Assembly (NCBI RefSeq): GCF_056712565.1
Contig: NZ_CM160072.1
Length of the DNA: 64,000 bases
Reading direction: 5' to 3' (one strand)
Shown here: positions 10,434 through 17,282 of the stretch, piece by piece
Numbering within the stretch: position 1 is the first letter of the stretch
How the letters are laid out: each line of letters opens with the position of its first letter
Notes under the pieces: model-generated
The model's database searches: none
The model's input: the letters and a program-made list of their open reading frames with translations, nothing else
Told to the model about the DNA's origin: nothing
Position numbers and translations under genes: made by a program

Positions 10434-10976
10434 TTAATTGGTGAGTCCGGGGATTACGGTTTGCCCGTGCTGTTCAAGGCGTTCAATTCTCGCCAGTAGC
10501 TGAGGCTTCTTAATTTTTCCCCAGCGATTAAGCAGGCGGCCTGACATGCTGGCAACATCCTTCTCTTTCATGTACTCCAGCATTACGGCATTTCTCTCTT
10601 CTTCAAATTGACGATGACCAACCTGAAGCATGGCGTACATCCAGTTGAATGCGTTGATGTAAGCAATTTTGATACGCATTGCTTCTTTTTTGGTGTAGGA
10701 CATAACCAAAAGCATCAACCCATCCTTGCGGAGACGGTAGAATTTTTGCGGCTTACCATTCTGTAACTCATTGTTTTTATAGCAAAGCTCAAAGTTGAGC
10801 TTTGTATCAAACTCAGGAGGGCAAGCTTCTATGGTTCGTTCAATGTCACGAACCACGTTCTTCGGCAGCTTTCCAAATGCTTTTGCCACCATAAAAGAAT
10901 CTGTAACCGGATCGTTGTTTGCTACAAAAATTAGGTCTCTGAAATCTATATCGTTAACAACGGTTGGGTAGTTCAT
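10434..10976 (-). CDS. rha: Rha-family phage regulatory protein (180 aa from MNYPTVVNDIDF...)
   Basis: The 203-aa track ORF contains an internal ATG at 10976. Rha-type N-terminal domain (..DSFMVAKAFGK..NVVRDIE); the slot between lysis genes and terminase is as in P22 orf201/rha. Confidence 0.7.
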   Translation of the reverse strand: MNYPTVVNDIDFRDLIFVANNDPVTDSFMVAKAFGKLPKNVVRDIERTIEACPPEFDTKLNFELCYKNNELQNGKPQKFYRLRKDGLMLLVMSYTKKEAMRIKIAYINAFNWMYAMLQVGHRQFEEERNAVMLEYMKEKDVASMSGRLLNRWGKIKKPQLLARIERLEQHGQTVIPGLTN

Positions 10977-11122
10977 TGCGTCTTTACCTTTTAGAAAGAT
11001 GAGCCTGTTCGCACAGAAAAGCCGCCCCGAGATGGTCGCCACCATATACGGCAGTTCTCAGGCTCAGCTTTCTGAAAGACTCGGGATTGTTACGCGCTGC
11101 GATGCGCGGTTTACTGCAGATA

Positions 11123-11147
11123 TAAAAAAGCCCCGCGAATGCGAGGC
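11123..11147 (-). terminator. Intrinsic terminator downstream of the lysis cassette
   Basis: Minus strand: GCCTCGC-ATTC-GCGGGGC (7 bp including one G-U pair) followed by TTTTTTATA. Confidence 0.6.
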
Positions 11148-11181
11148 TAAATCCTGGTATTTGTAATGACTGGCTCTTATC

Positions 11182-11325
11182 TCAACGCAGCCCCTTACCG
11201 CGCGCCAGATGCTCAATATCAAGCATCAGCAATGAGATGTTTAATCTGGATTCACTCCAGAAGTGATCACCACCCTGTCTACAGAGCCAGATGTGAAGGA
11301 TGATGAGTAAAATTATCGCTATCAT
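11182..11325 (-). CDS. Candidate 47-aa small membrane protein translationally coupled to Rz
   Basis: Own translation: [47 protein letters not shown]. The ATG overlaps the Rz stop (ATGA at 11325..11322). Below the ORF-track size cut-off. Confidence 0.35.
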   Translation of the reverse strand: MIAIILLIILHIWLCRQGGDHFWSESRLNISLLMLDIEHLARGKGLR

Positions 11326-11759
11326 CGAAGGCATTGCGTCCTGATGTACTCCTGCAGGTAGTTAACCTGCGCGGTTATCCTGTCGATTCCACTTCGGAGA
11401 CGGTAATAATTGAGTTCAGCATCTGCTGTAAGTCTTGGGTTTTCTCCATCGCCCATGCTGCTGGCTCCGGTCGTTGACTTTGCACAGGTGGCGGCGACTT
11501 GCAGGCGCTTACGCCCAGCAGAAACATCAGCACGGAGACTTTCGATAGTCGCGTTAGCATCAGCAAGCTCCTTTGTGTATCTTGCGTCGAGTTCTGCTAC
11601 ATCACGTTGACGCTTCCGCATATCAGCGATGATGGATGTGGCTTTATCGCGCTGCTCTTTGTAGGCGATTGCATTATCACGGTAATGATTAACAGCCCAT
11701 GACAGGCAGACGATGATGCAAATAATCAGAGCGGAGATAATCGCGGTGACTCTGCTCAT
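11322..11759 (-). CDS. Rz: i-spanin Rz (145 aa); first ~35 aa lambda-identical, remainder divergent
   Basis: [30 protein letters not shown] matches lambda Rz from memory. ATGA overlap with R. Confidence 0.9.
   Translation of the reverse strand: MSRVTAIISALIICIIVCLSWAVNHYRDNAIAYKEQRDKATSIIADMRKRQRDVAELDARYTKELADANATIESLRADVSAGRKRLQVAATCAKSTTGASSMGDGENPRLTADAELNYYRLRSGIDRITAQVNYLQEYIRTQCLR
11375..11566 (-). CDS. Rz1: o-spanin Rz1 lipoprotein embedded in the +1 frame of Rz (63 aa)
   Basis: ORF track. Signal peptide with lipobox LLGVSAC and a Pro-rich mature part, fully nested in Rz as in lambda. Confidence 0.8.
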   Translation of the reverse strand: MLMLTRLSKVSVLMFLLGVSACKSPPPVQSQRPEPAAWAMEKTQDLQQMLNSIITVSEVESTG

Positions 11760-12232
11760 ACCTCAATCTCTCTGACCGTTCCGCCAGCCTCTTTGAATTT
11801 TGCAATCAGGTTGTCAGCCTTATGCTCGAACTGACCATAACCAGCGCCCGGCAGTGAAGCCCAGATATTGCTGCAACGGTCGATTGCCTGACGAATATCA
11901 CCGCGGTCAATCATCGGTAAAGCGCCACGCTCTTTAATCTGCTGCAATGCCACAGCGTCCTGACTTTTCGGAGAGAAGTCTTTCAGACCAAGCTGCTTAC
12001 GGTAGGCATCCCACCAACGGGAAAGAAGCTGGTAGCGTCCGGCGGCTGTTGATTTGAGTTTTGGGTTTAGCGTGACAAGCTTGCGAGGGTGATCGGAGTA
12101 ATCAGTAAATAGCTCTCCGCCTACAATGACGTCATAACCATGATTTCTGGTTTTCTGCCGTCCGTTATCAGTTCCCTCTGACCACGCCAGCATATCGAGG
12201 AACGCCTTACGTTGATTATTGATTTCCACCAT
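11756..12232 (-). CDS. R: Endolysin, lambda R-type lytic transglycosylase (158 aa)
   Basis: Near-identical to lambda R from memory ([42 protein letters not shown]...). Confidence 0.95.
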   Translation of the reverse strand: MVEINNQRKAFLDMLAWSEGTDNGRQKTRNHGYDVIVGGELFTDYSDHPRKLVTLNPKLKSTAAGRYQLLSRWWDAYRKQLGLKDFSPKSQDAVALQQIKERGALPMIDRGDIRQAIDRCSNIWASLPGAGYGQFEHKADNLIAKFKEAGGTVREIEV

Positions 12233-12539
12233 CTTCTACTCCGGCTTTTTTAGCAGCGAAGCGTTTGATAAGCGAACCAATCGAGTCAGTACCGATGTAG
12301 CCGATGAACACGCTCGTTATATAAGCGAGATTGCTACTTAGTCCGGCGAAGTCGAGAAGGTCACGAATGAACCAGGCGATAATGGCGCACATCGTTGCGT
12401 CGATTACTGTTTTTGTAAACGCACCGCCATTATATCTGCCGCGAAGGTACGCCATTGCAAACGCAAGGATTGCCCCGATGCCTTGTTCCTTTGCCGCGAG
12501 AATGGCGGCTAACAGGTCATGTTTTTCTGGCATCTTCAT
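12216..12539 (-). CDS. S: Holin/antiholin, lambda S-type with Met1-Lys2-Met3 dual start (107/105 aa)
   Basis: [44 protein letters not shown]... is essentially lambda S. The upstream leader is lambda-like. Confidence 0.95.
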   Translation of the reverse strand: MKMPEKHDLLAAILAAKEQGIGAILAFAMAYLRGRYNGGAFTKTVIDATMCAIIAWFIRDLLDFAGLSSNLAYITSVFIGYIGTDSIGSLIKRFAAKKAGVEDGGNQ

Positions 12540-13077
12540 GTCTTACCCCCAATAAGGGGATTTGCTCTATTTAATTAGGAATAAGGTCGATTACTGATAG
12601 AACAAATCCAGGCTACTGTGTTTAGTAATCAGATTTGTTCGTGACCGATATGCACGGGCAAAACGGCATGAGGTTGTTAGCGCAACCTCATGCCACCCGC
12701 TTTCACGAAGGTCATGTGTAGAAGGCCGCAGCATAACTATCACTGATGAATTCAGGATAGCCAGTGGCTACGGCTCAGGTTGGGTTGTGGCGGTCGGTGC
12801 TGAACTCCGACTTAATGACGATAGGCGTGTACCGACGCCTCGTTTTACTTCCTCCGCTTTCACGGCTTCACCCTAGACCAGCTTTACGAAATCCTCGTAA
12901 ACCTAACCGCGGCAGATATGACCGGCACGGTGTGCCATATCACGGACCGGCGGGTGTCTCGTTCACCTGATTAACGCATCAGCCTGCGTATTCACCACAA
13001 CGATAAGAGTACTGCGCGGCACCTTTCACCAATTCCGCGAGGTCTGCGGGTTCAATGCTCTTACCTGTTGTGCAAAC

Positions 13078-13119
13078 AAAAAAGCCACCGTTGCAACTTA
13101 AGAGTCACTAACGGCAGCT
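13078..13119 (-). terminator. tR'-like intrinsic terminator of the short late-promoter leader RNA
   Basis: Minus strand: AGCTGCCGTT...AACGGTGGCT stem (about 10 bp with two G-U pairs) followed by T6. The downstream sequence TGCACAACAGGTAAGAGCATTGA matches the lambda sequence that follows its tR'. Confidence 0.6.
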
Positions 13120-13128
13120 TACCTTCTA

Positions 13129-13158
13129 ATTATGGCTAAATGGATAATTGCATGTCAA
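13129..13158 (-). promoter_or_regulatory. Late promoter PR' candidate (TTGACA-N18-CATAAT) overlapping the Q stop codon
   Basis: Minus strand reads TTGACATGCAATTATCCATTTAGCCATAAT. It lies directly upstream of a strong terminator, the arrangement required for Q antitermination. Confidence 0.55.
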
Positions 13159-13654
13159 GGTTTTTAACAGCAACATGCTTAACTTTCTCAACACGTTTAC
13201 GCATTTTGAAAGCATTTTGCATTGGCTGGTATAAAACAAATAATGACGCTTTCAGGATGTCGTCAATTTCGTTTCTACAGGTTGCCAGTGAAGGTTTTCT
13301 CCATCCCTCGCCACCACGTCCACACATCTTGCGTGGCTTTGCAGTCGCGTGATAGTAGGATGCAATTGCTCGCTTAGATGAACCATGAGCGTAGTAGCTG
13401 AGGAGGATGCCAAAGGCTTTCTTGTCAATGTACATGACGGAATCAACGACCTGAGAAATCAACATTCCATCATCATCATTACACATTGGCCTTGTCATAA
13501 TTCTTCCCGGCTCTACGCTCTCCATGAACTTCGCTATTACGCTGCTCATGCGCTTTTCCAGACGACCTGAATAAACCCATGCGCCCCACAGTTCAAGCCA
13601 GCCATTCAGCCACTCGTGCTGCTCTTTGGTGAGGTTTAGTTCTCTTATGCTCAT
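13136..13654 (-). CDS. Q: Late-gene antiterminator Q, non-lambda type (172 aa)
   Basis: ORF track. Last gene of the nin region, directly before PR'/tR' and the lysis genes. Cys/His-containing region. Family assignment is by position and my recollection of Q21/Q82-type proteins. Confidence 0.7.
   Translation of the reverse strand: MSIRELNLTKEQHEWLNGWLELWGAWVYSGRLEKRMSSVIAKFMESVEPGRIMTRPMCNDDDGMLISQVVDSVMYIDKKAFGILLSYYAHGSSKRAIASYYHATAKPRKMCGRGGEGWRKPSLATCRNEIDDILKASLFVLYQPMQNAFKMRKRVEKVKHVAVKNLDMQLSI
13329..13361 (+). promoter_or_regulatory. Candidate CII-dependent antisense promoter (paQ-like) inside Q
   Basis: TTGCGTGGCTTTGC (TTGC-N6-TTGC), then 13 nt, then TAGGAT. The geometry is identical to PRE in this same prophage (20172-20204). 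Confidence 0.4.
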
Positions 13655-13839
13655 CGTCTTCCCCTCTTGCCTTGTTTGACCATCAGGACGCCGTTAACTA
13701 TTACGTGACGCTCGCCTTTGCTGTCTCGGTTGTACTTGAGCACTGTTCCTCTTGCGCAGGAAAGCATCCTCGCCACTTCGGTCTGATTGCCTCGTGTCTG
13801 GATAAGAAGCTCTGGTATCGTTTGAATTGTGGCGTTCAT
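13651..13839 (-). CDS. ninH: NinH (62 aa)
   Basis: TIPE.L....GNQTEVAR.L.C.RGTV.KY..D..G..H.IVN.VLMV matches lambda NinH from memory. Confidence 0.8.
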   Translation of the reverse strand: MNATIQTIPELLIQTRGNQTEVARMLSCARGTVLKYNRDSKGERHVIVNGVLMVKQGKRGRR

Positions 13840-14198
13840 GCGTTCTCCAGTTCGGTGATTTTTATTCCAAGCCGTCCGCCTGGTACTTTCACACCACGAA
13901 TTACGCGAATGTCATCGAATTGCTCGTCGTCTTCCGCAAATCCGGCGTGGATAAGGGAGTCGAGTAAACCTTTCAGGATGTTGTCGAGGTCGCGGCGGCG
14001 GGAGTCTGGAACGTCTGCGATGACTTTGATACGGAGTCGTGATTTGGTGAAAATGTCTAACTTGAGTTGGCGGATGATTTGCTGAACGTCTTTTCGGTAT
14101 TTCTGGCCTTTATCGCTTATGTAATATTGGCTTCCCCGTCTTCGCCAGTAGGTATTCACCGACGGCGGGTATGGAAGCACAAACTGATATTCGTTCAT
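13836..14198 (-). CDS. rusA: Holliday-junction resolvase RusA (120 aa)
   Basis: ORF track. The 120-aa length and the motif YPPSVNTYWR...RRRDLDN..K...D are typical of RusA. Confidence 0.85.
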   Translation of the reverse strand: MNEYQFVLPYPPSVNTYWRRRGSQYYISDKGQKYRKDVQQIIRQLKLDIFTKSRLRIKVIADVPDSRRRDLDNILKGLLDSLIHAGFAEDDEQFDDIRVIRGVKVPGGRLGIKITELENA

Positions 14199-14485
14199 GA
14201 CTTAATCTTCCCCTCCCTCAGCAGTATCGCCTGCGTTCTGATCACGCCTTCGAGGTGGTAAAGTCTGGCGTCTTTGTTGTCGAGATTATGGGTGCGTCGG
14301 TCGATTTCATCGTGACACGCACTACAAGCCCATGCACCGATCAGGTCGTCAGGCTTCATTCCCGTTCCGCAAATTCCAGCCATCCGGTAATGTGCCAGAA
14401 CTGTAGTTTCAGGGTTGCCATTGCATACGCCGTAAATACGTACCTGACATTCTCTTCCGCGCGCTTCTTTGCGTAGGTTAGCCAT
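14195..14485 (-). CDS. DUF1364 / YbcO-like protein (96 aa), Cys-rich putative nuclease
   Basis: Same length and Cys pattern (C..C...C..C) as DLP12 YbcO from memory; adjacent to rusA as in DLP12. Confidence 0.65.
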   Translation of the reverse strand: MANLRKEARGRECQVRIYGVCNGNPETTVLAHYRMAGICGTGMKPDDLIGAWACSACHDEIDRRTHNLDNKDARLYHLEGVIRTQAILLREGKIKS

Positions 14486-15207
14486 TAAGCAGCCTCCCCT
14501 GTTACTTTCAGCATTCCGTTATCGAGCAGCTTTCTGGTCAGCCACTGTTGACCACGCCCGGTGATTTTTGTGGTGAACGATATCTGTATTCCGTGATTTG
14601 TGTTGACCGCTGTTTCTTTCACTGTGAAATAGCCGCGATCCATATATTCCTGCATTGGCACATTGCGCCGGGAACCTGAAGCAATAAGGATTTTGTGATC
14701 ACGCATCCACGCAAACAGTTTGTTTTGACCAATACCAACAACCTTTGCAAAGTTTCCAATCAAAATTCCGCTGGCCTCGCCAACGCGATCGGCAAACTCA
14801 ACTTTAGGTGCGACAATTGCGAGCTGGTTTTCCAGTTGCATTTTCTGCTCAGCAAGATCGGCAGCAAGGCGCAACGCTTCCGGTAGCGTTTTGGGGATAT
14901 TAACCGCAGCTTCTTCAAGCTCTCGCCAGCGGTCAACAAGGCGAGCGGTGAACTCTGGCGACAACTGGGCAACAACGACAATACTGTCTCGCTTACCTTG
15001 TTCGCCCTCGAAGACGTAATGCTCGTACTGAACATTGAACCCTAAGTTATTGATTCTTTCGGAAACCTCAATTTGAGGAAGCCGGATAACACCATTTTTA
15101 GCCAGCGTTTCGATGGTACGTTTCACATTGTCATGACGCTTACCAACCAACTCAGCAATTTCAATGCTTGTCATTTTGATGGCATTGCCATTCATTAACT
15201 CATTCAT
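14485..15207 (-). CDS. Rha-N / KilA-C (antirepressor-type) DNA-binding protein, HK022 Roi-like (240 aa)
   Basis: The N-terminus ..MTSIEIAELVGKRHDNVKRTIE is the Rha/Bro-type HTH. The C-terminal half is KilAC-like (GNFAKVVGIGQNKLFAWMRDHKIL). The nin-region location is as for Roi. Confidence 0.65.
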   Translation of the reverse strand: MNELMNGNAIKMTSIEIAELVGKRHDNVKRTIETLAKNGVIRLPQIEVSERINNLGFNVQYEHYVFEGEQGKRDSIVVVAQLSPEFTARLVDRWRELEEAAVNIPKTLPEALRLAADLAEQKMQLENQLAIVAPKVEFADRVGEASGILIGNFAKVVGIGQNKLFAWMRDHKILIASGSRRNVPMQEYMDRGYFTVKETAVNTNHGIQISFTTKITGRGQQWLTRKLLDNGMLKVTGEAA

Positions 15208-15376
15208 CGTCTTCTTCCTCGTACATTGAGCTATTCGGATCGCTCATCAGTTCTGCGCAGCAATCGGAGCACACGTGAACTTCAAGCACATGCAGCTTCT
15301 GACCGCAGTTAGCGCACGTTAATGCCCGCTCGACGCTTTCTTTCTGGTATTGAAGGGATTGGGATGGGCTAAGCAT
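15200..15376 (-). CDS. ninF: NinF (58 aa)
   Basis: Own translation: MLSPSQSLQYQKESVERALTCANCGQKLHVLEVHVCSDCCAELMSDPNSSMYEEEDDE, near-identical to lambda NinF from memory. Below the ORF-track cut-off. Confidence 0.8.
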   Translation of the reverse strand: MLSPSQSLQYQKESVERALTCANCGQKLHVLEVHVCSDCCAELMSDPNSSMYEEEDDE

Positions 15377-15788
15377 TATTGGCGTCCTGCATCATGAGAA
15401 ATACAATCATGGCGGCGCGGAGTGGAGATTCACCGCAGAAGTAGTAGCCAGGAATATTTTCCCATTCCCAACAACCTTCCTCTAAATCACCTCCTGACCA
15501 TGCGCACCATTCTTTTTCCGCTGTCATCCACATAGTGCTGATTTTGCTTTCAGTGATAATTGGCCACGCGTATTCAGGATTATTGCAAGGATTGAAGCAA
15601 TTTCCGTTTGAAGAACGGAAGCCATTAATATCCCTTTTTTGCGTCTGCCAAATAGGACCTCTTTCGTCAGTGGGGATCTCAGAATCGAAGTCTGCTTCGT
15701 CATCAGGTATGAAGAAATGCTCCTCCATATCTAAAGCCTCACATACTCGTCTGTTAATTTCAAAATCACTTAACTGTGAATAATCCAT
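15369..15788 (-). CDS. ninX: NinX / DUF2591-like protein (139 aa from MDYSQLSDFEINRRV...)
   Basis: ORF track, using an internal ATG with GAGG at correct spacing. Position between ninD and ninF is as in P22. Confidence 0.65.
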   Translation of the reverse strand: MDYSQLSDFEINRRVCEALDMEEHFFIPDDEADFDSEIPTDERGPIWQTQKRDINGFRSSNGNCFNPCNNPEYAWPIITESKISTMWMTAEKEWCAWSGGDLEEGCWEWENIPGYYFCGESPLRAAMIVFLMMQDANNA

Positions 15789-15790
15789 TG

Positions 15791-15967
15791 TCATTTCCTC
15801 GCACGATGTCTTAGCAACCGGATATCCCACAGGTGAGCCGTGTAGTTGAAGGTTTTTACGTCAGATTCTTTTGGGATTGGCTTGCGTTTATTTCTGGTGC
15901 GTTTCGTTGGAAGGTATTTGCAGTTTTCGCAGATGATGTCGGTGATACTTCGTCGCTGTCGCCTCAT
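15791..15967 (-). CDS. ninD: NinD (58 aa)
   Basis: [56 protein letters not shown] is recognised. ATGA overlap with ninB. Confidence 0.8.
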   Translation of the reverse strand: MRRQRRSITDIICENCKYLPTKRTRNKRKPIPKESDVKTFNYTAHLWDIRLLRHRARK

Positions 15968-16374
15968 TCGTACCTCCTGTCGGTAAATCTGACACCCTGA
16001 CCAATAGCCCATGCTGTTGTGTACTCGATCAGACTTGCCATACGCTTCACACTCATCTGCGCGCTGCTTTCGCGAATGTTGACGTATTCGCCTTCAAGCC
16101 CGGGCAAAACATCAGCTTCCTGTTTTGTTGCCACTGCATGACCGCTGATCAACAAAACCTTCCATTGTTCTGGTTTTAACCATTTATCGCGCCACTGAAC
16201 TTGCCTAGCGATATCTGCGACCATCGCGTGAAATTTTGCGTTCTGGTCAAGGTTGCGCTTGTAGTCAGTAATGCGGATGGTGACTGGCTTGTCTTTATCG
16301 AGTGGTGTTGCGAGGATGGCATTTATTGCAGCTTGCTGTTGTTGCTTAGTTCGGAGGAATATTGTTTGCTTCAC
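15964..16374 (-). CDS. ninB: NinB (Orf-family recombination mediator, 136 aa)
   Basis: ORF track. NRSLDQN-like motif ([13 protein letters not shown]) and overall pattern of lambda NinB. GTG start with AAGGAG SD. Confidence 0.8.
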   Translation of the reverse strand: MKQTIFLRTKQQQQAAINAILATPLDKDKPVTIRITDYKRNLDQNAKFHAMVADIARQVQWRDKWLKPEQWKVLLISGHAVATKQEADVLPGLEGEYVNIRESSAQMSVKRMASLIEYTTAWAIGQGVRFTDRRYE

Positions 16375-16385
16375 TGAATACTCCT

Positions 16386-16577
16386 TTATTTTTTATGCCT
16401 GTAACCCCATTCTTCCAGCAACCTTGCGGCGTACCACCCAAGAAACAAAGGAAAGAACATTACAATGAGATATTTCCCGCCACGGTCAATGTTCGAAATT
16501 GACCAGATTACGATGTAACCAGTGCAGGACAGGAATATTACAAACCCCAAAAAGCTACTTCGTCGACTCATGCTCAC
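16386..16577 (-). CDS. Small two-TM membrane protein (63 aa), unknown function
   Basis: ORF track. Two hydrophobic helices and a basic C-terminus. The start overlaps the stop of the upstream 104-aa ORF (ATGA). Confidence 0.5.
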   Translation of the reverse strand: MSMSRRSSFLGFVIFLSCTGYIVIWSISNIDRGGKYLIVMFFPLFLGWYAARLLEEWGYRHKK

Positions 16578-16888
16578 TCCTTCACTTTGATTCCAGCGGC
16601 GCGGATAGCCTCTACATCGCTTTCGTATTGCGATTCTGCACCTGAGTCATAGCCAATGTGATAATCACCGGGAAGTGGGCCTTTCTTTGGCTTTTGCAGC
16701 TCAATTTCAATAGCTGCTCTCGATGCCTGCCACGTTTGCCAGTGGCCTTGAACATCGTCCATCACGTATTGACCACCAATATCACCACTGCCAATTTCAT
16801 GGTGATTTTCAGGGTAACGGATAAGGTCTGAAGATTCGCCCCCCACGTCGTAACCAACTCTCTTCAAACTGGCATCTGCTTTCGTCAT
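16574..16888 (-). CDS. Acidic soluble hypothetical protein (104 aa as drawn; may be the C-terminal part of a frameshifted larger gene)
   Basis: ORF track. No convincing SD before ATG 16888. Overlaps the upstream ORF by 80 nt. Confidence 0.5.
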   Translation of the reverse strand: MTKADASLKRVGYDVGGESSDLIRYPENHHEIGSGDIGGQYVMDDVQGHWQTWQASRAAIEIELQKPKKGPLPGDYHIGYDSGAESQYESDVEAIRAAGIKVKE

Positions 16889-16991
16889 CTTTCATAAGGC
16901 AGTCACATTCAATAAAAATCGGCTCTCCCCAAGGAGTAGAACCTCCGCTATCACACATTCCTGTGTTATTGCACTTTTGGCACTTGCTCAC
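16809..16991 (-). CDS. Cys-rich small protein (60 aa; CQKCNNTG...CDSGG...ECDC zinc-ribbon-like)
   Basis: ORF track. GTG start with GGAGG SD at 5 nt. The last 27 codons overlap the next ORF out of frame. Confidence 0.5.
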   Translation of the reverse strand: MSKCQKCNNTGMCDSGGSTPWGEPIFIECDCLMKDDESRCQFEESWLRRGGRIFRPYPLP

Positions 16992-17003
16992 ATTAACCTC
17001 CGA

Positions 17004-17210
17004 TTAACTCACAAAACGCCACGCCACTTTTGCTACGACAACAGGCATAACACCGATAATCACCCACAGAAAAATGCTACCGAAAAGCACACCAACCAGG
17101 TCTTTACCTTCGCCTACCAACCGGACAAAACTGCTGGCAACCACAATGAACGTCGCCACCATCCACATAGCACCGAGAATCCTCAATGCAGAAAAAATCA
17201 ACTCAACCAC
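17004..17210 (-). CDS. Small two-TM membrane protein (68 aa), unknown function
   Basis: ORF track. GTG start preceded by GGGGGAGGG SD at 6 nt. Two long hydrophobic helices. Confidence 0.55.
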   Translation of the reverse strand: MVELIFSALRILGAMWMVATFIVVASSFVRLVGEGKDLVGVLFGSIFLWVIIGVMPVVVAKVAWRFVS

Positions 17211-17224
17211 GATTTACCCTCCCC

Positions 17225-17257
17225 CAAATAAAAAGGCCTGCGATTACCAGCAGGCCT
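17225..17257 (-). terminator. tR2-like intrinsic terminator between the helicase gene and the nin region
   Basis: Minus strand: AGGCCTGC-(8 nt)-GCAGGCCT followed by TTTTATTTG, 26 nt after the helicase stop. Confidence 0.65.
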
Positions 17258-17282
17258 GTTACAAGCTCAGTGATGTAGATGG

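Noticed and set aside
12764-12970. 68-aa plus-strand ORF between Q and S (the Stx/moron slot of lambdoid phages)
   Set aside because: The whole 12556-13078 segment is recognisably the lambda-type non-coding late leader on the opposite strand. The ORF is Arg/Pro-rich with no SD.
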